From: Amphiscolops sp. MND2022
Taxonomy: Eukaryota
Length of the DNA stretch: 64,000 bases
Assembly (NCBI GenBank): GCA_964187785.1
Contig: OZ076413.1
Location: 45,014,001-45,078,000 of the forward strand
Direction: 5' to 3'
The notes under the pieces were generated by a model. That model was not told the DNA's origin and searched no databases. It worked only from the letters and a program-made list of their open reading frames with translations. Position 1 is the stretch's first letter. Every line of letters begins with the position of its first letter. A program made the position numbers and the translations under genes. Shown here in pieces: positions 24,806 to 36,785 of the stretch.

Positions 24806-27800
24806 ATGGATCAGAATCCTCCTTCCCTTCAGCGTGATACCGGAGCTCAGAGTGGTAATGAAACTCAGTTTGTTTTCTCTGAGGGGGACATCTACCAGAG
24901 TGATGGGGATGTCATTCGTCGGCAAGCAACAGGTGAGCTTATTCTTCCCCGGTCCATTAAGCTTTTATGAATAATACTACTCTCAGATAGGCCTTTTCTG
25001 TTTCGTATTTTCACAGCTTAGATTTTCTGACGCGTCAACACGGGATTGTTTTGTTTGTTGCTAGATCCGACTCCTTCACCTCCTCTGGCTGGTGGTTCTG
25101 TCGCTGAGTTGAGGGCTTCTCTCCCTGGTGACCTCTCTGGAATTAGTCTCGAGCCTCTCGCAGAGTCAACACATGGGGGTGGTGAGATAGTGACTGAGGT
25201 TTCTCCTCCCGCTGCTTCGGTCCTTCCTACGTGTTGTTCTGAAGATTCAGACGTTCCTCTGGCGGCTCTTGCTAAGGTGGCCAACGCGGTCGACAAGATG
25301 GACTCTCACGGAGGTGAGGGGTTATCCCCCCCTGCTCAGAGAAATGCTGAAGGGCAGAAAACTGTTTCTCCTCGATTCTCATCGTTTCTTCGTCGAAAGA
25401 GAACAGAAGGAAGTTCCGGCGGCGGAGGGACCAAAGTCAAACGTGGTGAGTTGTCGTATTGTTGCTTTGATATTTATATGATATTTGTGTATTCTCATGT
25501 AGGTCAATTGTCATTGGCGTGTTTCTGTGGTTATGTCCTTCTCTTGTCGCTTTGTTATGTGAAGAGGTATTATGTCTTAACTGTAACTAACTTGTTGTAG
25601 TGCAATTGATGATTCCCGGCGGGAGCGGGTCAGAGATGCGATCAACGTCAGAACAGCCTGTTGAGACTGTTTTCCAGTTTGGCGCTCCCAAAATTCGGTT
25701 CAGTGTGGACGACAATGAGCAGGGCATTAGTGGTGTGCTGCCTCTTACACCCGCACAGCAAGTCGGGGTGTCGTCTGGAAGACTTTCCGACGTAGAAGGA
25801 CATGCCTTGGATCCGTTCGTTGCACGTAAGTTCAATTGGATTGGTGGAGTTATTTTGATATTCTTTTCGTCTGTTGGTAGATGTTAGGCATCTTTTTCCT
25901 TCTTATCCCTGTTTTTCTCTTTTCCCCTTTTTTCTTCTTTTTTTTCTTTCGGGTGGCGTACGTCTTCTAATTGAGTTTCATGATGCCAGAGTTTGGTTGT
26001 TACAGGGTTTGAGGAGCTAATCAGCCGTATGGAGACGACCTTGGAGAGTGCCGATTGTGGTCGTAAGCAAGTGTACAGCCCTCGGAATCGTCTTCGTCGT
26101 GATATGGTCACTGGCAATCCGATATATGAGCTCTTTGTCAGTGGTTCCAGCACTGGTTCTGCTAATATGTTTCACTGCATGATTTGCCAGCGGGACGTGT
26201 CCATGGAGTCACGTGGGGCAGCAGAGTTCAGTCGTCACTTCTTCGGAAAACGGCACTGGTTGCTGGATGTGACCTATCGTGTTCAAAATAGTCTGCCGGT
26301 ATTTAATCGTCTGATGGACCCAATGGTGCTCAGTGACGCTCAGCTGGAGGAATATCGCAATCGACCTAACAAAGGGAAAAATGAGGGGTTTAGTTTTCCT
26401 GAGGACTTGCTCCCTGCCTGTGTGCAAGCCGATTCCAGTGTGCCCCTGATGTCAATGGTGAACTGTCTGATCGAGCTGTTGCGGTTTGGCGGCAGTTACC
26501 TTCTGTTGCGGAGATTGTGGGGGTGTTTCCGGGCGACACTGGGTCCCGAGAACCCACTATACAATGTGCACTGGAGTCGTCCTGAGTCGTTGGTTAGTAA
26601 GTTAAAATGTCCGGCAGATTAGTATTTGTTATTCATGAGGGGGGTTTGTATGTAGAGTGCGCAGGCTCATCTTTGTATCGGGCCTTATGTGTTGGAAAAA
26701 AATTTTTGTGTTTTAGTCGCTGATCTGCCAGGCTTTGTTCCCTCGTGTGTTGCGTTCCTTGTTCGCTCGAATTGGCGCTTTCCGAGAGTACAGTGTTTCC
26801 TTCATGGAGAGCGATGGGTACCACAAGTGTTTCGTGCAGACCTTTGATGAGCATACCCTGATGAGCATTTGTGTGAGGGTTGAGGCTTCTGGGCAACGCA
26901 TTCCCGAGGCTGACTTGGCTGGTTTGTCACGTGTCATCGATAGCACTGCGTCATGCCAGATGCCTTTGTCATGTCAGGGCTGTAGTCCTACCTTGCTGAG
27001 GATTCTAAGTGACAATCGCGTTGACGTGCGAGAGTTCCTGATGTATCGGGAATTCACTGTGGACGTCTTCTTGCATTGCTATCAGCTCGCGCATCAGGAG
27101 GTTTTTGGTGGACTGGAAACAACTGCCATGGTGGACTTTTTGATGCTGCGCTTGCGGGGTGCAATTCAAGAGCCCTGGTGCGAGAGTACGTTGTGTCTCC
27201 GACGATGCATCATTGCTGGGCGTGTCAAATTCGCTGATCTACGAGGTGTAGTTGCTGACTTGATCTCAGTGTGGTCGTCTGTTCAGGATTTTGTGAGACA
27301 CACTGGACCCCGACATTTCAAAACTGCTGCTGGCCGGGTAATGATTTTGTCTTGTTTGCGTAGCTGATCGTTTCGTACATTGTTGTTCGCACAGGTATAG
27401 GTGTTGTTGGTTGTTGGCGATTTGTTGTTGTAGATGCGTGGCACTGACTGGCATGTGTACTCTGAGGCTACTGGAGGGTTGCACCTGGGTCTTCTTCTGC
27501 ATGTGCTTGAACTTCGTGAGTATGCTGTTGTGGTGTATCGTATTTGCAGTTCGCGAGATAGTGGTATTTGTGTGATGTTCATGCGTAGTACTGTGTGGGG
27601 GTGAGAAAAAAAGGGCTAGTGCCGAGTATGATGGTGTGTCTTGTGTTTCAGATTCCTGTTCGTTCAAGAAGCAGTCTTCAGGGCGAAGTGATTATGGTTT
27701 CCATGGTTACATGGAAATTTGCCAATTTGTGTACTGTCTTCTGTCACGAAGTCGTAAACTTGGGTCGTTGCCGAGTCTGAACTCGTGGGAGGATTACATG

Positions 27801-28064
27801 GACCTACAGAAATTGGACGGATTCGAAAATGTTGCTTCCTGTGATTTCCTTCGATTTGAGAACCTTCCCACTGAAACATGTCAAGGAACTTTTGTCTTGA
27901 ATCCTGGTCTTTGGTTGGGTCTAATTCTTCTCTCTGGATTAGTTCACGGATTTCCTTCAGGATCCGTCGTTGAATTGGCGTATGTTCTTCTTCGTTTCCC
28001 GGGTTCTCAGGTGTGGGAAACCAGAAATTTTCCTCACCTTGTTCAGTTTCGTTGGCTTTCATGA
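24806..28064 (+). CDS. E3 antisense spliced gene: zinc-finger protein resembling a hAT transposase lacking catalytic residues; 3'-truncated at ~27830
   Basis: Exons 24806-24932, 25065-25445, 25601-25825, 26006-26592, 26717-27337, 27434-27515, 27652-(27830). All introns are GT-AG with compatible phases (1,1,1,0,0,1), giving ~734 uninterrupted codons before reading into antisense pol to a stop at 28064. Zinc finger FHCMICQRDVSMESRGAAEFSRHFFGKRHW. Confidence 0.8.
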
Positions 28065-29316
28065 GTTCATTGACGTACATGTGGGTGTCATCAGGATCTT
28101 CTAGCAATTTGAGTGCGGCGGCGTCTACTGGTCGTATTTGTTTCGTGTCCTCGGGTCTGAGGATTTGTAGTTCAGCCAGTTTTGTGTGATTCTTTATTGT
28201 ATGAGGGAAATCCGTTAAGTTGGCGATTCGGATATTGAGCCTTTTATTGTGGGCTGTCGCTAGTGCTGGTGCAACAATGATTGTTGCTGCTTCATCAAAT
28301 TGTGGTAGTGGTTGTACCGCTCCAGTGACGTCATGCATGTTTGTGGTTATTACTATTGCGTTCACTGTTGTTGTTTGTTGGGGCGGTAGGGTTTGATTTC
28401 CTTCTGCCATTATTTGGAGCGGTTTCGGGTTGCATTTTTTCATCTCGTCCGTCATGGCTAGGGTCATTTCGACGTGCGGGAAATTGATGGTTCCGTTGGC
28501 AGTGTCAATTACTGCTTGGTGATTTCTCATGAAGTTCAATCCTATGGTAGGGAATGACGTTTTCGATACGATGACGAAGGTATCCGTGAAGGTATATGTT
28601 CCAATATTGAACTGGATGTCCGCTGTGGCTATTGGTTGCTCTAGTTGTGCGTTTGCGCATTCGATCTTGAAGGGAGGTTGAGGGTATTCTTTTATGACAC
28701 AACTATCACTGTTCATTTTGATTGCGTTGTAGTCTGACCAGGACATGGCATTGATGAACGCACCTGAGTCGACAAGTCCATCCATTGTTATTTCATCGAA
28801 TTCTAGTGGCAAGTACAGCATTCTCCTTCTGCTCTTGAGGACTATAGTGGAGTGGAGAGGTATATATGTTTCTCCATCCTTTTCGGCTACGTACTCCTTG
28901 ATTGAGTTGAGTGATGTGGGGAAATCGTCTGGGGACAGAAATGTCTTGGTGGAGTCGTGATTATCTCCTTCATTTTGTTGTGACGATAGGCGGTCGTCGG
29001 AGGCGCTTTCATTTTGTTCTACCTGGTTTGTAGCGGAGAGTTCTCTGTTGATGGGGGGTAAGTTGGTAGGACGATTTGCTTGTTGTTTAGGATTGTCCCT
29101 GTAGTCTTTATCGTGAGTGTAGGTTTCTGCTTGTTCAGTTTGTGGATATGGCCTTTTTATAGAAGCGAGTGCTTGTCGTCTTAGCCAGTCTTCAGTTGGT
29201 GTGCCATTGCATTCAATCGTTGTGTTGTTAACGTATGTGGTGGGGGGATCCTCGGTTGAATACGCCCTCGCGTCTACTTTTTCCCCAAAACGCAGGCGCG
29301 GCGTAATTAGTTTTTT
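27831..29316 (-). CDS. E3 truncated pol (aspartic protease and downstream linker; RT/RH/IN deleted)
   Basis: GLVDSGAFIN protease motif and IGLNFM; pol-like sequence stops at ...EGNHRKQ just before the expected RT. Confidence 0.85.
29255..29316 (-). promoter_or_regulatory. Putative -1 ribosomal frameshift signal at the gag/pol junction
   Basis: A AAA AAC heptamer (29316-29310) directly before the gag stop; pol is in the -1 frame; downstream stem tacgcc...ggcgta. Confidence 0.65.
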
Positions 29317-30743
29317 GGTTCGGTGGCAAAGTCGGTTGTTGTCATCTGGTCTGGGGTGTCCCTTTTTTCTTCCTGTGTAGTGCGGCGCTTGGGACGCGGA
29401 TCGTTGGCAGCATTGGCTCCATTCCAACAATTTTCTGTTTTGTGGGGTTTTCCGCACGTGTCGCATTTAAGTGGTTTGCCTGAACTGCTGCTGGTTTGGC
29501 CATTGTTTCTCTTGGTTTGCATCCATTTATCTCTTTTCATTTTCCTACACTCCGCCTTGTAGTGTCCGAATTTGTTGCAGTAGAAGCAATACCCTTTCTT
29601 GGTGTTTTGCGTCGTGTTGTCGGCCTGTTTGGACTCAGTGTTAGGTGGGGCTGGTTCTACTTTGTTTAGTGGTACCAGGTTTACTCCATCTGGCGCCCCG
29701 AGGCCGTTAAGTCTCATTTCCTTTCTAGATGCAGTACGATGTCGTTGTAGGGTTTGTCTTCAAGGTACGCTCTATGTAATATTTTCTTTACATGGTCTGG
29801 CATTTTTGCATAGATCGCCTTATCAATAAATTGTTGGGCTTCAGAGCCGAAGGCTTCTTTGGCGGTTTTTTGAAGTACATCCAGAAATTCGTGGAGTTTC
29901 TGGTTCGAGGGATCGAATTTGAGCTCATCCCATTCGCATCTTGCCTTGGCCATGGACAAGTAATCTCCGAAACGTCGTTTGAAAATCGTCATGATCTCAT
30001 CAAGGGAATCCTTTTTCGTATCTTCGATATTACAGAATGCTTGTAAAGCATCTCCCCTGAGGAGGGAGTGGAAGTAGTTTATTTTTTGGATTTCCGTAAG
30101 GTGTGGGTACATTTTGATATTATTGCGAAAAAGGTCTTCGAAAAGCTCGAATTTTTCCGACTTCCCATCGAAGGTCGGGAGTGACGCCGTGAGTGCTTTT
30201 GGCATGGGCAGAGTAGTGCCATCACTTTATCTGTTGCAAATAAAGTCCTTGCCGCTACTGGACGTTTTTTTGACGGCGGTTGGCTCTGAGACCTGGCTTT
30301 TGTTCTTTTTGGCTGGTTTGTGGAATCGGTTAGGACTCCTGTCACCATGTTACGACACACTATCGAGTCGTTTTGGGTAGAACTTATCCTCACTGATTTT
30401 GTAGGAGTATAAAAGTTTCTAGTTTCCTCTTCTACTTCTTCCTCAGTATTCTCCCTAATACTTCCCCTTGTTTCAGGTTTCAAGAGTTTCAACATTTCCT
30501 TCTGAGATTCGACAAGAAGATTCTTGATCTCTGATGTTATTTCCTCTTTCAAGGAAGCCCTTAAACTTTCTAAGAGGCTGTTTTCAATCCGGGGGATTTT
30601 GAGTTAGAAGGCCCCGCTGCCCCATCGTCCTGGTTTAAGGGACAAGGATTCCTTACTGCTATGGGTGAAATTAAGCCTTCACTTACGTTCTCATTGGTGC
30701 TTTGCTGATCATTCCTTCTTTTCTGGCTTCTTGTTGTTGACAT
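29307..30743 (-). pseudogene. E3 gag with three frameshifts; start codon lies inside the 5' LTR
   Basis: MSTTRSQKRR from 30743; capsid-like LPTFDGKSEKFELFEDLF; zinc knuckles CFYCNKFGHYKAEC and CDTCGKPHKTENC. Confidence 0.85.
30335..30347 (-). promoter_or_regulatory. E3 primer-binding site
   Basis: TGGTGACAGGAGT directly after the LTR-terminal CA; identical PBS in E4 (47247-47259); resembles the complement of a tRNA-Leu 3' end. Confidence 0.75.
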
Positions 30744-32724
30744 TTTGTAGAAAAGTTTGAACTTGAAGAATTGAATTTCTTTCAAAGATTTTTCTGACAA
30801 AGTAGAACAAGGCAAGAGTGAAATTGAAAATTCAACTGAATTGTACAATTGCAAAAGACTGAGTCCCTCAATCATCAAATCCTATCATATTTATACCCTC
30901 CCAGCATCATTTGATCACGACCATAATCCCTAATTTCCTTCGAACAATTAGTCATTTCCTGTTTTATCGATGAAAAAATCACGAAGTTCCCAAATTTGCG
31001 CTGACATTTCGTCGATTTTTAAGACACGACAACTTTAAAATAGTATTAGTCATCAAACATGATCATATCATTTCATCCCGGCGTCCTTTTGCTTCCTCCC
31101 AAGCAGGAAGTAGATATTACTTCAGTCTGTCAAACCGGAAATGCTTCCCTGTTTTACTGCTTTGGTTCGCGGGAAATTGACGCTGAGATGACGCTGACGT
31201 GAACAACAAATACCTGATTTTGAATTTCGCTTTGATAAAAATGCTATGACTAATTCCAAAATAGGAATATTTGAACGATGCTAGGACGATATTTTATGAA
31301 TTTGGATTCAATCTTTTGCTAGAGATGGGAATGAAATCATGATATGAAAATAATACTTTGTTAGCAACTTTGTCATGTCGTGTCAAACACGACAAAATTT
31401 ACAAAATTAACAACAACGTTTGTTAAATAACAACACCATCACAACGTAAATAACTGGACAGCAACGGATGTACTAATATAGAAAAACATGATCACAATCA
31501 CAAGTACAGCGTTCAATGTTGTAGAGTACAAAAATGCAAAATATATGAAAAATACATTTCTGGTACACAATATGCTTTTAGTTGGAGAGAATAAACTGTG
31601 ACTTCCTAATTAATTTGCTGTGAGATCTTGTAATAAGATGGTTTATACGCGGAAATTCCTTTATCGTTAAGAGTACATGATTGTTACTTAACGTGGGGTT
31701 GAAAATATCCTATATGTGCCAAAACGCATTCTAAATTGGGACCTTAAACCATGGAAAATCAACAATGTATTCGTTATACAATTTGCAACAGTCTGCAATT
31801 TTCTCTCCTTAGGAAATAACGGCATTTGCGCGATGAAAACTTGACTAAATTCAGCAAATTCATTCACTTTATTCAATTTCATAAACTTGTCAACGTCATG
31901 TTGACGAGTTTTCTTGGCAGAATTTAAGCTTCATAAACTTGTCAACGTCATGTTGACGAGTTTTCTTGGCAGAATAGAGATTTTGACTAGTTTGACGCAA
32001 TGCTGACGAGTATTTTAGAAATGAGTCTCTCGCTAGCTGCCGGTGCAGTGACGTCACAGTGGCGGTAAATTGGAATGATTCCTAGCAATGTTATTAGTAT
32101 AGGCGGATAATTGGAATGATTTGCTGGTACGCGTATGCGAGGCAGTGACGTCAATTGGTATGCCTTCAAACTTGTCTGCGTCCTACTGACGACAAATATA
32201 CATGTATTCTTATTTCTTTTGCCGCTTTGTTTACTCAGCGCAGTATTGACGTCCTAAATCACTTTAATTGCTGTTCAAAGAGTAATTAAGCTGTCTTTCT
32301 AAGAAAAGGGCTTAAACCAATCGGTGTGTCATCTCAGTGTATTTTCTATTTTAGATCTGATTAATGTTCTTTTGGAAGATGATTTTGACTACGTTTTCAT
32401 TTAGATTAGACTATGCTTTCTTTGTTTTAGAATGTAATTCAATTTAGTTTCCAGGTGGCGAATGTTGCTATTTTGACGTGACAACCGCGTCTTACCGGAA
32501 ATGCGTGAAATCATTTTGGTTCATTTTGTTCTCTGTTTTCATTTCCAGTTGAAATTTGCGCAGTTTAGTTGTATTTTCGTATTTCTAGTCACAGTTTATT
32601 TCAAGGATAAAGTTTTGGAGTTACCAGTTGAAATAAGATTTGGGGAATCTCAAATTACCTCCGTGTCCTCTCCCGATCTTCAGTCGTCTGCAACCACAAG
32701 CCAGACCGGGAGCTGGCTGTGACA
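30348..32724 (-). repeat. E3 5' LTR
   Basis: Direct repeat of 21327-23704; TATA-like ggagggtataaata at ~30888-30901 on the minus strand. Confidence 0.95.
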
Positions 32725-33810
32725 AAAGTGTAAATTTCCAAAGCAGAATTTCGTGGGTTATAATCCCTTCTGGATAAAAAGCGTTTTACGTTCACTAATT
32801 GCAGTAAACACATACGGTTTCATGCATGACAGAAAAAAGCTTGCAAAACCCTAGTTGTTGTTTTTCCACTTCGCAAGGTAAAAAATGGGTACTGAATTTA
32901 ATCAAGTCTGAAGTTCTTAACATTTTCGAATAGAATTGATAATCATCTGATACACAATGTTCTATGAAAGATTTATCGACGTTGTATCCAAGTCATCATC
33001 GAGGAAAAAGGCGGAGGTTCAAATCTAAGTGCAGGACTTTCAATGTTTTCCAAAAAGAATTATTACCGTTGTATTGTGTTATCTTTTTTACCGATACAAA
33101 AAGAACTGTACCTGAAACTTTGACGTTGTACCTGAATCATGATCAAAGAAGGAAGCGCAATTTCGAACTGAATCGGTTCCGAATTTTTATTTATATCCAT
33201 TGAATTTTCACTAAAATAAACCCGTTTTCTGATATTAAAAAAACTACCTCGAAAGCCAAAATGCAATTTTGTTTGAATATAGATTTGTGGAGGCAAATTT
33301 GGCCGGCGGTTTTGAAGTGAAAGCACAAAAAGATGCCAAAAGATACAACCTTTGGGTATCAATTTCCTTGCATGATCTACGGAACTATTCGATATCAAAG
33401 AATCACGTACTTGAATTTTTCTTACTGCGCCATTGAAATTTTGATTCAACAAAAAGCTTTCGGGTTTTTTCGTGACTCTAAGACATTTTTTGAACTGTTT
33501 TGTTCCACGGCAAAAAGTAATGTTAGTGCCGTGTTTCTAAGGTAAAATTGATACAAGAAAAACATCAAATCAATACCATGTACACTAGGTCGCCAAAAAA
33601 CTGAAGAGACTCAAGTTCGCTGACAAAAAATTTCAAATCGCAATACATGTTTATATTTTCAAATGACACAAAAGTCCCAGTAGCAAAATTTTTTCAAATT
33701 TCGACCACAATTACATTGATAATTACTTGTTATTTTCCGAACCCCACATTTTCAAATTTTCACCGTGTTTCACCATCGCACGACTGGACGAAACTAACGC
33801 AATCGCAGCT

Positions 33811-34037
33811 TCAAATTTGAAGCGTTTTCAAACCATTTGCAGGGCAGTTGAAGACATCTCGAAGGTCTTCATCGTTGCACCTGGACGAGTCTGTGTCACT
33901 TTGAGTTTGCCGACACTGTCCATCATATATCGGCTCGAACCAGACACACTCTCTGATCCGGGTATGCTCGACTATATTGACGTCACAAACATTGCAGTGT
34001 ATCACTGGGTAGTCTGTCACGTAGGTATTCCATTGGG
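33811..34037 (-). CDS. Terminal exon B of the Cys-rich TSR-like family
   Basis: Phase-1 acceptor tttttttcag|cc then QWNTYVTDYPVIHCNVC...RECVWFEPIYDGQCRQTQSDTDSSRCNDEDLRDVFNCPANG. Confidence 0.7.
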
Positions 34038-35236
34038 CTGAAAAAAATGTAGCGTCAAGCTAGCAGCGTACATACTAGAACTGGGATAATCCTCAAGTTG
34101 CCTTGACAGAAGATCATGTTCTTACTACAACGCTAGAAATCATAGAAAGGGTCTCCTAGGGGGACTTTCCAAACGTCAAGGAGGGCTCCTAATTTAAAGC
34201 TCGGTGGCGACATGCCGCCACTCTCTCAACGTCCGGACACGTCCGACAGGCACGTAAAAACAGTTCTTAAGGTCCCTGTGACTTTCTACATACTTCCGAG
34301 GCCCAAAAACGGCAATTAGCTGAAATACAATTTATTGCTGAAATATGATGTAAAATAAGGACCTAGCAGGTCAAACATCACCGTATCTTTGAAAATCCGT
34401 ACTGACAGGGCAGAATATTCAAAAATAAAGCAAATGGTACCACAATTCAGCGAATTTCGGATATTGGACATAATTTGTACAAAAGTTCTGAGTCTTTTTT
34501 GATGCTTTTCGCCATTTTTCTAGGGATAGCATGCTGAAGGGACGTTTTGAGACGTTTTCTCACTACGTATCGTTACGGGTGTCTTCAAAGCTCGTTTCCG
34601 GGGTTTTTCCTCACCCGTCTATGCTATGTCAGTCGGTGGGTCTTTGTTTGCCGTTCACCGTCTTCTCGACTGATTTTTTCAAACTTCTTGGTTAAGCGTG
34701 TCATTTTTCAAAATTTCGAAAAGGTCCACCAAACTGGCGGACGTTACAAAAGCAAAAAACAGAGATCGATAATTTTACAATAGTCGACTAGGATGGTTAT
34801 GTAGACTATTGGATATCAATTTGACTACGATGTAAGAATCCTTCTTTTAAAAGAGTGGGAACAAGCCGGGAACGGCATTAGTCGGCACTCAAAATGGTGG
34901 TCAAGTGCAATACTTCGATGCTGAGGAAGTCTCGCAGTGCTGAGAAAAACCTTTGCGTCTAAAAGTGCTTCTTGTACGCACTGAAAAGTCACTGAAATAA
35001 AAAGCTTTTCAAAAAATCGCAACGCTCTGAAAAACCCGAAAAAAAGCTCTTTGATTTCGAAAAGATTTTTTCAAAACTAAGATCATGAAAAAATAGGGAA
35101 TGGAATAACTTTGTGATGTTTAAAGTTTCCGAAAAAGTCGCACAATGCCGAAAATGAATCTACATGTGAAGTAAAGCGTGACAGGTCACGAACTAAAAGA
35201 CGCCTGCACCGGGATCTTTTATTATAAAAAATTAAC

Positions 35237-35307
35237 GCATCAACACGGGTTCGAACCACGACCTCGTGTCTGCCAGGCAGTCGCACTACCAACTGCGCCA
35301 TGGTGAC
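35237..35307 (-). mobile_element. tRNA-derived SINE head or tRNA pseudogene
   Basis: Pol III A box tggcgcagttgg and B box ggttcgaacc at tRNA-like spacing followed by a T-run; no clean cloverleaf. Confidence 0.5.
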
Positions 35308-36785
35308 TAGCATTTACAAATCAAATAGTATAATAACGTGCAGATTTGGCAGAATCTGGAAAACTACGCAACACAGATTATGATTTCCTCACCCATTATA
35401 TGGGGCGAAAAATGATAAACTCAGACTGCCCTAGTTATTCGTTTACTTTGTTATTATCACTGAGTCATATTACCTTCCAACTTAGAGTAGAAGAAGCAAT
35501 AGCTTTCATAAAATCTTTCATGCGTTACAATTTAGTTTTTTTCATGATTTCCCTTTTGTATTAAGATATAGCATACAACAGCATGCCTTTAAATCCAATG
35601 TAGAAAAGAAAGGAAGGATCCTTGAAAGATTTTGGCATTTTGGCGTTTATTCTTTCATGGTTAATTCTTCCGGATTGAAAAAAAGACGACGAAAAGCCAC
35701 GATGATAATCCCGTTTTATTCCATAAAGCGCCGACTAAAATGTAAAAGAAATTACTAAATTAAGAAAAAAAGGCGCATTGGCACGGTGGAATTTTTAAAA
35801 ACTTGAACAACATGTATTTTGGAAATGATTCAATATTACATTTCAGCAGAAAATTTTCGCAAAAATTAAACTAACCCCTGCAAAAAGAGTTTTGGAAAGA
35901 TAAAGAGTTTAGGAGCGAACAGCCGAAATATCTGGAAAAAGTATTTCAAGATGATTCTTTTAATTTCATCTCTTGACGTCCAGACATATCTCAATGTAAC
36001 ACAGATGTTTGGAATCAACTAAAAAATGAAGCGAATTTCAGTTGATTTTTCAAAAACATCACAAAAAGATCATCTTAGCCCATTGAAACCTCTCTGAGCG
36101 TTGAAAGTTTTTTTTTAAAAAAACAGATGTTTTCCTCATTCCCGTGGGCATGATATAAGTTTGTAAAAGATACTCGAAAGATGAAACTCTCAGTGGTAAT
36201 ACGAACCAAACCCTCACGCTATCTCATGCCAAAAAATTGTAAAAAGTACGATAAGAAGCACGTCCCAAAATAACGCAACATGAATGTTTTGTATTGAGTT
36301 AAAAAACAATAAAACAATTGTCAAAAAACTAATAGAGCGCTCCCGCTGAGAGCCCCTGGGACTGAGCTGCCAGACTACATAGTTGTCCAACTTACTTTCT
36401 GGACTGAGCTTCCAAATCACCAGTTTCAGCAGTCCTAACGAATTTCTCACAGAAGTCGGTAAAAAAATAATTCACCCAAGTGAAATCGAGCAAAAAAAAA
36501 TTAATGAAAACTTTTGAAGGAAAATTGAGTTCACAAAATGTTATTGCGTGATTACCATCAAAAACAGGAGTTTGTCGTAATTACCATCAAAAATGGGGGT
36601 TATAACTCCTTTATATACAGTTTTTGATTTTAAAAAAGAGTTGTTTTCAAAACTGATTTTTAAAAGATTATTTTGAGGCTTTTGCTACTATTAATAGATA
36701 GACTATCATAATTTAGCAATACGTAATAAGCGAGACTTGTCGTTCCCTCAGTTTCTCAATACTGATAGAATTGAAGAAATTCAGA

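Larger units (their letters stand above)
21327..32724 (-). mobile_element. E3: long-LTR Gypsy element lacking RT/RH/IN and carrying an accessory cassette
   Basis: ~2.38-kb LTRs with TG..CA ends, perfect 5-bp TSD AAAGT (21322-21326, 32725-32729), PBS tggtgacaggagt, gag and protease on the minus strand. Confidence 0.95.

Noticed and set aside
24780..27830. Antisense gene as a recently nested hAT DNA transposon
   Set aside because: No TIR or 8-bp TSD was seen, catalytic residues appear absent, and the same position and orientation recur in E4 and E5
35237..35307. Functional tRNA gene
   Set aside because: A and B boxes are present but acceptor and anticodon stems do not pair convincingly; treated as a SINE head or pseudogene
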